DNA of 62,479 bases, counting the filler, from Stramenopiles sp. TOSAG23-3 (lineage: Eukaryota), in NCBI GenBank assembly GCA_900128585.1. It is 8 parts of 8 records of this genome, joined end to end, with 100 filler letters (N's around TTAATTAATTAA, not from the genome) between each part and the next. Parts side by side here need not be neighbours in the genome. Positions count along the whole stretch, not along the records: positions 49,411 to 59,143 come from LT642885.1; positions 59,244 to 60,811 come from LT645682.1; positions 60,912 to 62,479 come from LT645683.1; 5 more parts are not named here. One strand, written 5' to 3'. The notes under the pieces are model-generated. The model saw nothing but the letters and a program-made list of their open reading frames with translations, searched no databases and had not been told where the DNA came from. Below, piece after piece: positions 51,653-61,477 of the stretch (positions within the stretch are counted from its first letter, which is position 1; each line of letters opens with the position of its first letter). Made by a program: the position numbers and the translations under genes.

Positions 51653-52792
51653 TCAAAGACTTTGAAACAGCAAACTTTTCGACTCGGCTTTGCTCATGTT
51701 TACTTCTTTTGCCACTTGCATGAGATCTTCGTATGTGCCTTTCGCTAGCGGTATTCCATGGACGGATCGATGCTCAAACGCTTGCTGCTCCAGCTCACCA
51801 GGGATGAGAACAGCATCGTTCTGCCTGTCGTCCCTCAAGGGGCTGTCGCGCATGTACTGTTTCAAATCTTCTACTTCTTGCTCCGCATTTCCAGCCGTCT
51901 CTGGCATTAATGCTTCCGGGGAGAAAATGACCGTCGTCATACTATTCAATATCATTTCGTCATGGCGCTTGTACTTAGGATGTATGGTATTCCCTCCGCT
52001 TAAAACTCCACCAAAAAACTCTGCCATCAGCGCCAAGGCGTACCCTTTGTGTTCAGAAAACGACAGCAGAGACCCTTGCGGCTTGGTAAACATAACCGAC
52101 GGGTCATTTGACTTTTTGCCATCTTTATCCAGCACGACACCGTCTTTTAACGTTTCTGACCGTGCCATCGTTTCACGAACCTTCCCCAGGGCAAGTTCAG
52201 AGGTAGCGTAGTCCATGATCAAAGGCGCTTCACCAGACTTATTTATGGAAAAACCTATGGTTACCGGGTTTGTACCAAGCCGCGCGTCCGCCCCGTTTGC
52301 CGGCGCTACCAGAGGCGTGTGCCCGGCAACGTTCGTGAAATGTATGGACGAGAAGCCAGCAGATACGGCTTGCTCCGCCCAGGCACCGATCCGACCTAAG
52401 TGGTGGCTATTTTTAACAGTGACGATAGAGACTCCGTGCTCTCGCGCCGATTCAATGCCGGCGTTCATGGCTTTCTTTCCCACCACCTGGCCATACGCAA
52501 CCATACCGTCTACGTTAACAAAGCACCCATTTTTCGTAATTTCTGGGTTTCCGTTCTTTGTAACGTCGCCCGCCAGGCTAGCCCGGATGTAACGCGGGAG
52601 GTAGCCTACGCCATGGGAATCATGACCCTTTAAATTAGACAACACTAAGTTTTGCGACACGGCATCGCTTTCCTCCACGGAACTGCCCGAGTTCTGCAAA
52701 ATTGCAGAGCAAAGGACCTGCAACCGTTTTGCTTCAACAACGACAGTAGCGTTCGCGCTCTTGGAAAAAAAAGCTCTTTGACCAGCTATCAT
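51653..52792 (-). CDS. Ldh_2-family (malate/L-lactate/hydroxycarboxylate, HcxB/YbiC-like) dehydrogenase with a possible mitochondrial presequence
   Basis: 'NLKGHDSHGVGYLPRY', 'YGQVVG', 'SHHLGRIGAWAEQ', 'LGTNP', 'DYATS', 'HKGYAL', 'LIPGE'. Confidence 0.93.
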   Translation of the reverse strand: MIAGQRAFFSKSANATVVVEAKRLQVLCSAILQNSGSSVEESDAVSQNLVLSNLKGHDSHGVGYLPRYIRASLAGDVTKNGNPEITKNGCFVNVDGMVAYGQVVGKKAMNAGIESAREHGVSIVTVKNSHHLGRIGAWAEQAVSAGFSSIHFTNVAGHTPLVAPANGADARLGTNPVTIGFSINKSGEAPLIMDYATSELALGKVRETMARSETLKDGVVLDKDGKKSNDPSVMFTKPQGSLLSFSEHKGYALALMAEFFGGVLSGGNTIHPKYKRHDEMILNSMTTVIFSPEALMPETAGNAEQEVEDLKQYMRDSPLRDDRQNDAVLIPGELEQQAFEHRSVHGIPLAKGTYEDLMQVAKEVNMSKAESKSLLFQSL

Positions 52793-53590
52793 GGCTTCGT
52801 ATTATTCAACAATGCAATTACTAAATCGACCGTACCAACGTCCCAAGCCAAACAAATGAAATTAAAGGCGGGCGCGCACGAAACGGGCAACGGGTTCTTT
52901 TCCTTTTCGTATCACCACTTTATAAAAATACTGCATATAACAAGATATTAATACCGGTAGACGACTGACTTCGTAGTCCTAGTTCTCTTCGTGCGTAATA
53001 ATAATAACATTATTATTATTATTTTTTATTCCTCCCCTTCTTTGTTGTTGGTGGTATTTTGTTGAGTGAGAATCAGAGATCATCAGAGACGACCCCTAAA
53101 AAAATAAAAAAAATGTTGAATTTTGATGAAAAAAGAATTGAAATTGAAAAAAAGAAAGAAGAAGAGAAAGAGAATGAAGAATGAAGAAGAAAAAAAAAAA
53201 AATTATTATTAGTTATATAAATTTATAATATTCTAATAACAATTCTCTATCGTATGTACCCATACCGTATAATAATACCCGTACGCTATTGTAATTCGTT
53301 CTTCTATTTTTATTAATATTATTATTTAATTAGACTAATACCGGATATTTTAATAATACCGGTGGTGGTATTTTAATATGAGAGAGGACGACAGGAATAA
53401 GAGGAGGAGGTGATGGTGGTGTGGTAGTATTTGGTTCAAGGTTTTTTAAAATTGTATGTATAAAATAAAAAAAACAATTGGTTATAAATAAACCAAACAA
53501 TGAATTGAGACAATAGTTCTTGTTTTTTTGGCTTGCGCTTTCTTGCATTTTATTGTCGCCGGGATACTTTTGTTACCCGTTTTTCACACC

Positions 53591-55183
53591 ATGAAGTTGT
53601 ACTTTGGAACGATTTGTAGTTTCCTGCTGTTAGGGACTTCTGAAGGGGGCGTGGCCGCACCGACGCTCGCGAAGAAGTTTGACGTGAGGGCCCCTCCTAC
53701 GCCCAAAAATTGCCCTTTCATCCCTGGTTCTCCCCCGGATTCACTTCCCTCGCCGTTGCCGGAATCTTTAACCGGGGCTTTTGACGACTTGGCGAAGCGT
53801 TTGGACTCCGGGGTGGGGAAGACGTATCCGTCGGCCGTCCTGACGGTAGCCTACAAGGGAAAGACAATATTTAGCCACGGTGCTGGGAGTATAAGTCTTT
53901 CGGAGGAGAAAAAACCGGACAGCGATACAATATACCGAATCGGTTCCGTGTCAAAGTCATTCCCAGTGGTCCAACTGTACCAGCTAGCAAACCAGGGCGT
54001 ATTGTCTTTGGACGATACTTTGCGGGTCCTGAAAGAGGACGCCCCGATTCTCTTTCAGAATTACTACTCCGAAGGCCAACAGCCCACGCTGAGGGACCTG
54101 GCGTCGCAGTTGGCCGGTTTACCACGAGAGGCACCGTGCGATAGGGCTCTTTTATGCCCTTTGAGTGACGCTGAGATGTACTCTCGAATCAATGAGACAA
54201 CGGCTTTGATTACGGAACCTGGCGCGTACCCTAGTTACAGCAACATGGCGTATGCCTTGTTGGGCCGTTCGTTGGTGCCAAAGGGCGTAGCGTCGTGGGA
54301 GGACTACACCCAAAAATTTATTCTGGACCATTTGGGAATGAACCGCACAGGGTTTGGGGCGCTGAAGCCTTCCGTCGTTTCGAACATTGCCGCAGGAGTA
54401 GGGCCCAGTGGAAAGCAAGTGGGGACGTACACCCTGGGATGGAATGCCCCGTGCGGTGGAATGCATTCAAGTACAAAGGACCTGAACACGTTCTGCAACG
54501 CAATCATGGATGGTACGGTGCTGTCGGACTCGAAACAGTCAAAATCCCTTGCGAACGCGCTGGTGGCACCGCTTTGGTTAAACGGCGGGGGAACGACACT
54601 TTTTGGCACTCCATGGGAAATGTACTTTCAAAATGAGACAGGGTTTTTAGTCAGACGCAAGGGGGGCAATGTCCCTGGTTACGCGGCTTTGGTGGAATTT
54701 GTTCCTGAATTGAAGCTCAGTGTAAGCGCCTTGTTTGGTAACATGGCGACCGATGAGTTTGGGGTATCTGAGTACGTGATTGATGACCTCCTGCAGCCTT
54801 TTGTGTCCATGCTCGAGAATATGGGAGACAAAGGTTCAATGATTCAGCCGAAAAACCAGACCCAATTCGCCGGCGTCTTCATGGCACCGGGCGTCCCAGC
54901 GCCCGAGGGAGAAGCGAGGGTTTTCGTCTATAACGGCACCTTGATTATTAAGATCGGGGCCCTTGGTGGCATTGGTGTCTACCTCCGTTTCCCTCCGTCG
55001 GCCGCAGCACCGGAAAACGTGCTCCAGTTGTACATACCAGTAGCACTTGCACCATGTTTACCCATGGAGCTGCAAGCCCTTACCAACCAGTTCGCTGTGT
55101 TTGGAAAATCAACTGGTTCTGCATGGTTTGATACTTTAGAAATTCCAGGATATCTGCCAGGGTTGAAATATGAAAGGAAATGA
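53591..55183 (+). CDS. Secreted serine beta-lactamase-like hydrolase (class C / LACTBL1-like)
   Basis: Signal peptide; SxxK 'IGSVSKS', 'LASQLAGLPRE', YxN 'SYSNMAYALLG', 'KGGNVPGY'. Confidence 0.92.
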   Translation: MKLYFGTICSFLLLGTSEGGVAAPTLAKKFDVRAPPTPKNCPFIPGSPPDSLPSPLPESLTGAFDDLAKRLDSGVGKTYPSAVLTVAYKGKTIFSHGAGSISLSEEKKPDSDTIYRIGSVSKSFPVVQLYQLANQGVLSLDDTLRVLKEDAPILFQNYYSEGQQPTLRDLASQLAGLPREAPCDRALLCPLSDAEMYSRINETTALITEPGAYPSYSNMAYALLGRSLVPKGVASWEDYTQKFILDHLGMNRTGFGALKPSVVSNIAAGVGPSGKQVGTYTLGWNAPCGGMHSSTKDLNTFCNAIMDGTVLSDSKQSKSLANALVAPLWLNGGGTTLFGTPWEMYFQNETGFLVRRKGGNVPGYAALVEFVPELKLSVSALFGNMATDEFGVSEYVIDDLLQPFVSMLENMGDKGSMIQPKNQTQFAGVFMAPGVPAPEGEARVFVYNGTLIIKIGALGGIGVYLRFPPSAAAPENVLQLYIPVALAPCLPMELQALTNQFAVFGKSTGSAWFDTLEIPGYLPGLKYERK

Positions 55184-55527
55184 ACGAAGACTTCAAGAAT
55201 TACCGTATATATTACACAAGACTCTTTTTTTTATCTACCATCCAATGATGATGTTGTTGTGTGGGTAAATAAAATATCATTCATTTATATTCATTCTAAT
55301 GTGTATTCCTCATACTAGTCGTCTAATAATTCCATCATTTTAATATTATACCAGTTGGTAATATACGTTTTATTATACAGGTAATAGTAGGCCGAATATA
55401 TATATATTTTAATTTATAGAAGAGGAAATTGAATATAATTATATTATTATTATTAGTCTATTATAGTCTACGAGGATATACTCTCCTCGTATATATTATT
55501 ATTACTAAAAAATAATAATAATATCCG

Positions 55528-55687
55528 TTTTCCTTTCTTTTTTTTTCTTTTTTTTCTTTCTTCTTTTCTTCTTCTTCTTCGTTCTTCTTCTTTCTTCTTC
55601 TTCTCTTTTTTTTCTTCTTCTTCTTCTTCTTCTTTTCTTCTTTCCTTCTTCTTCTATCTTCTTCTCTTATTTTTCTTCCTTCTCTCA
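55528..55687. repeat. T/C-rich (TTC)n low-complexity tract
   Basis: Directly visible. Confidence 0.9.
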
Positions 55688-55892
55688 ACAAAAATAATTC
55701 TCAATTCTCAATTCTCATGAAAAAGAATGGGCTGATGTACAAATTGTGTATATAAAAGCAAGGAAATGAAAAAGAGAGCGCGAGTGAGAGGACACACCGT
55801 AAAACAATAGGACCGTTTAGAGATAATTAGGCAGACGACTCTTATTGTATGGTGCGCAGGACCTTTTCCGTTACTGCATAGGACTCGCGACA

Positions 55893-56711
55893 ATGGCGGA
55901 CGCTGCCGCCTCTGGTGCAGGAAAGTCTATGTCTTTGTTTTCCGTAGTGAAGGCGGACAAGAAAAAACGGGTAGAAACTGGGGGAGAATTCAGGTTTGCA
56001 ATGGACAGTGGGGATGAGTCAAAAGTAGAGGCTTTATTAGAGCAAGGGGCGAGCGCGAACGCTCGGGTACCTACGGACCCATATCCACCCTTGCACTACG
56101 CGATCATAAAGAACAGGCCCGACTACGTAAGGCTACTCTTGGTACACGGGGCAACCGCGAACTCATGCGATAGCAACGGAAAACTTCCCCTGCACCACGC
56201 CGCGCGCATGGGACAGTTTCCATCAGTGCGTTTGCTCCTGGGGAATGGGGCCAACCCCGAAATTCCACTGACGAAACGAGGGTGGAACGTCCTCCACGTG
56301 GCATCGTTCCATGGATTTGTAAATACTGTTGAGGTTGTAATAGACATGATGCCCGAGATGGTGAATAGTAAGACGGATTTGTGGGAGACCCCGCTGCACG
56401 TTGCGGCGCGGGCAGGACGGTACAGGGCGTGCGAAATGTTGCTGAATGCCGGGGCAAGCGTGAAAGAGCAGGTACGTGGATTGGCCCACCAACCGTTGCA
56501 TGAGGCTGCCATGCGCGGGCATTACAAGGTGTGCGCGCTCTTGCTGCGCAGCGGTGCCGACCCGTATCAGAAAGAACATGGGACGACAAATCGTACAGCA
56601 ATAAAGTTGGCAAGGGATTTTGGCCACAACAATTGTGTTTCTGTGATGTTGGGCGACGTAGATTATATTGAAGGTGAAGACGAAAACGAAGAAGAGCCTT
56701 CTCCGTCTTAA
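55893..56711 (+). CDS. Ankyrin-repeat protein
   Basis: 'PPLHYAI', 'LPLHHAA', 'NVLHVAS', 'TPLHVAA', 'QPLHEAA'. Confidence 0.95.
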   Translation: MADAAASGAGKSMSLFSVVKADKKKRVETGGEFRFAMDSGDESKVEALLEQGASANARVPTDPYPPLHYAIIKNRPDYVRLLLVHGATANSCDSNGKLPLHHAARMGQFPSVRLLLGNGANPEIPLTKRGWNVLHVASFHGFVNTVEVVIDMMPEMVNSKTDLWETPLHVAARAGRYRACEMLLNAGASVKEQVRGLAHQPLHEAAMRGHYKVCALLLRSGADPYQKEHGTTNRTAIKLARDFGHNNCVSVMLGDVDYIEGEDENEEEPSPS

Positions 56712-57461
56712 AAAAATTAACAGAAGATTCTTATATAACCATACATACCCCTATTGTTTTTTTTATCATAATATGATGTTTTATATTAGTACACCGAATA
56801 TACCGTACCTGGTATTTATACCCAGGTACCAGGTGGAACCAGGATCAAATACCGGTACGGTACAGGTACCAGGTACCGGGTACCGGTATTATTATATAAC
56901 CTGGTTAAATAATTATTATATTATCAAGGCACTACTTACAGTTCTTGACATTTCCATTCTTCTTCTGCCTGAAATGCAACAAAATATATTGATTCATTTT
57001 TTCTTTCTTAATAGTCTAGCTTATACTCTTGCTATTATTATATAATATCAAAATAGTATCAAAATAGCATGTAGTATAAATGATGATGTTCTTCTTCTTC
57101 TTTTATTTTTATTAAGTGCTCCTCCTTCTCATTTCTCTCATTTCTCTCATCTCCTTCTATTTTACTTATCCGATTTTGTGTCCAGAGGAGGAGGGCCAGA
57201 GGGCCACCCTATTACTCAAATACTATGCATAATAAAGATTATTAGACTTTCCTCAAGAACTGTATTAGTAGTCGTCTATATATAATAGTAAACTAAACTA
57301 AACGACGCGACATTTACATTTACTTGCACAATTTATTGTAGTCCATGTATAAAAGCTTCTTAAATTATCGCAGGATTCATAGATCGAAAGTTTATCAACG
57401 TGATCGGTCGTTTGTTGGTGTCACGCCCATTGGCCTGGTAATTATTCCATACCTTCGCAGC

Positions 57462-58994
57462 ATGGTACACGGTCTCCTGAACCTTGTGCTTCTTGTAGTG
57501 GCAACAACGTTCTGTCCAAGCCAAGGGAGCCAACAACTCCGTCGAGAATACGCCTCCTTTACAATTGACACCTCAGAGATTATCGGGGACTTTTGGGACT
57601 CGGGCAGTGTCTTGGCGAAGTTACAAACGCCGAGATTGGTTGCATTGACGCATGCGCTTGGGCCTGCGTTCATTCGTTTGGGAGGGACCGATGCCGATAA
57701 TACGTTTTGGAATATTTCTGCTGCGCCCGGGAAGCCGTTGCCCCCTACTTACCCGAATGGGCCACGGTATTCCATCAATAGCACAAAAATGGGGATTCTT
57801 TGCAACTTTATCAACAGTACTGGGACTCGCCTTGTTTTAGGTCTGAATGGGGGGTTTGCAAATGGAACCCGGGACGCAAAGAACGGTTACGCTTGGATGC
57901 CAGAAAGTGCCACAAATTTATTGAAGGCTTTGGTTCACCCGACGTCCTCCTGTTATGGAAAGCTGTTCGCTGTCGAGCTGTCCAACGAGCCCAACTTATT
58001 TCTTGAAACGCAGAAGCACATACTTACTGGGAAGCAATTGGCTGCAGACTACAAAGTGCTGCGAGCAACACTGGATTCAATTGACCCCAGCATAAAAATT
58101 GCAGGGGTGGACGTTGCGTACCAAATCCCCATTGTTGGCTCTCTTTTGCCCACCACGTCAGAATTTTTGGAGCATGGAGGTATGGAGTCCATCGATTTTT
58201 TGACGTGGCACTGGTACGCGATGGAGAGCAAGCGATGCCCGTTCCATGGACGCTTTGCTCCAGCGTCCCAAAAGGGCGCAATTTCTACCTCGACGATGGA
58301 CAAAGGGAACAAGTGGGCGAACAGAATGAACGCGCTGGTGAAAAAATACCAGCTATCAGTTGAACTTTGGATGGGGGAAATGAGCTTGGTGAGCTGCGGT
58401 GGAGCTGTGAACATAACGGACAGTTTCGCAGGCACCTTTTGGTATTTGGACGAGCTCGCGCATTTGGCTGTGCAAGGGCACAGTGTTACGTTTCGTCAAA
58501 CCCTGGTCGGCTCAAGGTATGGCTTGATCGAACAAAGTAGCCTGCAACCTTTGCCAGATTACTGGGGATTGCTCTTGTTTCGGTCTTTGGTTGGTCAAAG
58601 AGTTTTGGGAATCGAGGTTCATAACTCTCAGGGCAGATTCGTTCGGGCCTATGCATTTGAAAGCGTGTTGAACGCGTCCAACGTGGTCGTACTTGTTTTA
58701 AACGTCAGCCCTGAAAAAAGCGCTACCATATCCGGCAATGAGAACACCATTGTCGTTGCGAACCAGGATTTAACCCGGGTTAGCAAAGGCAGAACGGAGT
58801 ACGTCGTAACCGCCTCGGGTGACAGCGAGCCTTTGAGTGCGAAGGGAGTTTGTATTAACGGCGGCCCCCCTCTGGTCGTGGGGGGGGACAACTTTGTTCC
58901 CGATTTGGTTCGTCTTGGTACTACTGTAGGAGCCAATCTTTCTCACACGCCGCTAGTCCTGCCACCGCTCTCCTATGCCTTTCTCACGATTTGA
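57462..58994 (+). CDS. Heparanase-like glycoside hydrolase family 79, secreted
   Basis: 'PAFIRLGGTDAD', acid/base 'ELSNEPN', nucleophile 'WMGE', 'FWYLDELA', 'RQTLVG..YGL..PLPDYW'. Confidence 0.93.
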   Translation: MVHGLLNLVLLVVATTFCPSQGSQQLRREYASFTIDTSEIIGDFWDSGSVLAKLQTPRLVALTHALGPAFIRLGGTDADNTFWNISAAPGKPLPPTYPNGPRYSINSTKMGILCNFINSTGTRLVLGLNGGFANGTRDAKNGYAWMPESATNLLKALVHPTSSCYGKLFAVELSNEPNLFLETQKHILTGKQLAADYKVLRATLDSIDPSIKIAGVDVAYQIPIVGSLLPTTSEFLEHGGMESIDFLTWHWYAMESKRCPFHGRFAPASQKGAISTSTMDKGNKWANRMNALVKKYQLSVELWMGEMSLVSCGGAVNITDSFAGTFWYLDELAHLAVQGHSVTFRQTLVGSRYGLIEQSSLQPLPDYWGLLLFRSLVGQRVLGIEVHNSQGRFVRAYAFESVLNASNVVVLVLNVSPEKSATISGNENTIVVANQDLTRVSKGRTEYVVTASGDSEPLSAKGVCINGGPPLVVGGDNFVPDLVRLGTTVGANLSHTPLVLPPLSYAFLTI

Positions 58995-59143
58995 GTTGAG
59001 TTATTTATTACCTATAATTATGGAAAAAAAGTAACCTGTAGAGGTTTTTTCAGTAAAATAATGCAATCCCCCCGTACGTGTTGTGTAAGCTAATAATCCT
59101 ACCTCCCTGATAATTTCATTCTCTCTTCTTCCTTCTTCCTTCT

Positions 59144-59243
59144 NNNNNNNNNNNNNNNNNNNNNNNNNNNNNNNNNNNNNNNNNNNNTTAATTAATTAAN
59201 NNNNNNNNNNNNNNNNNNNNNNNNNNNNNNNNNNNNNNNNNNN
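59144..59243. other. Artificial contig linker
   Basis: N-TTAATTAATTAA-N, 100 bp. Confidence 0.98.
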
Positions 59244-59313
59244 TATAAATTTGTTTTTTTTCCATCTGGTCGAGATCTTTCAATACCCAAACCCCTCTTC
59301 TTCTCTTTTTATT

Positions 59314-60636
59314 TCACGTTTTTCTATCTTCATCGACAACACGAGATCCCGTTTTAACCTTTTGCCTTTTCGCACCACCGTCAGCGTGCCCCCCCGCCGC
59401 CGGGGCGCTTCCGTTCCCCGGCCCCTTGTCGTTGGGTCCGAAATCGCCTCTTCGCCTCTTGGACACTATTTTGTCCGTGGACGGGGTGGACGTCGCTGGG
59501 CGGGGCGCTTTGCTGCTGCTCGGGGTGTGGACGGTGGCGTGGCCGGCGGCTTTCCCCGTCTCCGCCAGGGGGCCAAAAATATCAACGGCATGCTGCTGCA
59601 AGTTCTGAGACCACCATATCGCAACCAGGTACAGGGCGTCCCCGGTCCAGTGAAGGCTGCACCTGCTGCAGCGGTTGCAGGCCTCGTGGACCATTCGTCC
59701 GAGCTCGTTGGGACCAAACGGGAGGCTCTTCTGGTTCGAATCGAACCGACCGTTCACGTTCAACGGCCTTCCCTGCAAGATCATCGCACGGCGCTCGCCA
59801 TTCACCCTCCTGTCCGCTTCGAGCCACTGTTCGACTCTGCGGTCCAAGTCCTGGTCGCTGTAGATTTCATTCCTCTCCAGGAAGTCCTCCAGGTCTTCCG
59901 TGCCTTCCAAAAATTTCTCTGCGTAGTTGGTGGGGCCCCGCGGGAGCTCCAAGTCCTTGCACCGCTTGTTCTCCTCCAGCCACCCCGTCGAGCCGCCCGT
60001 CTGCAGCTCGTTCACTGTGAGCCCGCAGTCCAACAGTTCGATCGTCCCGGCCGTCCCGTGGTCCCGAAACGAACACGCCACGTTGTCGGAGGGTTGAAAG
60101 TAGTCTATCGATTGAAGCACCGTCAGGTAGTCGACGTGCATTTTTCTTCTGTACTCTGCAGTGCAGAGGATTTTCCGGCAAAGGGCTTCTAGCGTCCCCA
60201 CCGCCCGCCGGCGAAAAAGGGACACCTCCTCCCCAGCGACAGCGACCGCGCCTGCAAGGGAGGTCTCGACGGAAACATGCACCGACGGGCCCGACCCCGC
60301 ACTCGCCGCCAGGTAGTGCGCGACCCACTTCAGCAGCCGCCCCCCCCCCGGCAGGGCGCCCCGACCGGGGGGGGGGGCGCGGGGTGGTAGGCGCGGCGGC
60401 GCGCTGGTGGTCCTGGCCGGGCGAGGAAGTTTTCTAAAATCGTTCGCAGCGTCTACGAAGGCCTGCTTGGCCCGGGCGACGTGGCGCGCCAGAACGGACG
60501 CATCCGGACGGTACACTTTCTCCCCAGCCTCGTCCTCCCCGCTCGTGTAATCGCTCTCCCCACTCTCACTCTCCCCAGCACAGTAGTCGCTGTCGGACGA
60601 CGTGCCCTCGACGTTCCCGTCTCTGCCCCTGTCCAT
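59314..60636 (-). CDS. Orphan 440-aa protein with putative H4-like and truncated H3-like histone folds
   Basis: ATG-to-stop ORF filling the contig's GC island; by-eye alignments to H4 and H3 (see findings). Confidence 0.65.
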   Translation of the reverse strand: MDRGRDGNVEGTSSDSDYCAGESESGESDYTSGEDEAGEKVYRPDASVLARHVARAKQAFVDAANDFRKLPRPARTTSAPPRLPPRAPPPGRGALPGGGRLLKWVAHYLAASAGSGPSVHVSVETSLAGAVAVAGEEVSLFRRRAVGTLEALCRKILCTAEYRRKMHVDYLTVLQSIDYFQPSDNVACSFRDHGTAGTIELLDCGLTVNELQTGGSTGWLEENKRCKDLELPRGPTNYAEKFLEGTEDLEDFLERNEIYSDQDLDRRVEQWLEADRRVNGERRAMILQGRPLNVNGRFDSNQKSLPFGPNELGRMVHEACNRCSRCSLHWTGDALYLVAIWWSQNLQQHAVDIFGPLAETGKAAGHATVHTPSSSKAPRPATSTPSTDKIVSKRRRGDFGPNDKGPGNGSAPAAGGHADGGAKRQKVKTGSRVVDEDRKT

Positions 60637-60811
60637 GGATACGTATAGGCTTAGATGTACTCTCTCTCTTGTTCTTTAAAACGATAGAAACGAAACTTAT
60701 TGTTGTAATACTAATCCTAATTTAATTTGTGTGTGTGTGTGTGTCATGAGAAGTAAATGGATTGATAAATTATAAATATGTCGTGTAGATGTTCTCTATT
60801 ATTTCTTAAAG

Positions 60812-60911
60812 NNNNNNNNNNNNNNNNNNNNNNNNNNNNNNNNNNNNNNNNNNNNTTAATTAATTAANNNNNNNNNNNNNNNNNNNNNNNNNNNNNNNNN
60901 NNNNNNNNNNN
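60812..60911. other. Artificial contig linker
   Basis: N-TTAATTAATTAA-N, 100 bp. Confidence 0.98.
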
Positions 60912-61477
60912 TAGACGATCGAGGCTGTCACCTCGCTGGCAGCACCGGCTGCCATGTAGGTAAAATGGCGATACTCGTGGTCTTTGCCCCAAAGCCCCAA
61001 CATTTCGCTGGACTGTTTGATCCACTCGTAAGTCCCAAAATATACGGCATTGCTCGGCAGCGCAGAAAGTGCTGCTGCCCCCACCCCCCCAAACAGGCCG
61101 CTGATACCCTCCTTTCGAACTATGGTGTACGCAGTCAGACTGGTACTTCTGTACAAAAACGTCGGCCCCCTTTTGATTTTCTGCCGGGTGTTTATGGTAT
61201 CCAGGGGGTACATAATTATATCGGCTATCGATCCAGCAATGCAACCGGCAATTAAGCTGTCCAGAATGTTATAGTCTTCGGCCGGCCCGGGGGCACTCTT
61301 CCGTTTACTGGGTGTGGGTTCCCCAGAAGGCAACGTTTGGGAAGAGCGGATGGTGGATTCACGGCGAACTAATTTTGCCGTCGTCCTCCGCCGAAGCTGT
61401 ATGTTTTGCCTCCCACGTTCCGTGCCGAGGCCGTCGCCTGGGGGGGCACCAGACGAACCACCACCGTCACCTTCCAT
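60912..61477 (-). CDS. Mitochondrial carrier (SLC25; SAM-carrier/mitoferrin-like), 3'-truncated
   Basis: 'LIAGCIAG..YPLDTINTRQ', 'EGISGLFGG', 'PSNAVYFGTYE', 'AGAASE'. Confidence 0.92.

Noticed and set aside
29136-58994. Digestive-enzyme gene cluster (GH43, cathepsin Z, beta-lactamase-like, GH79)
   Set aside because: The genes lie on different, artificially joined contigs. They only suggest heterotrophy.
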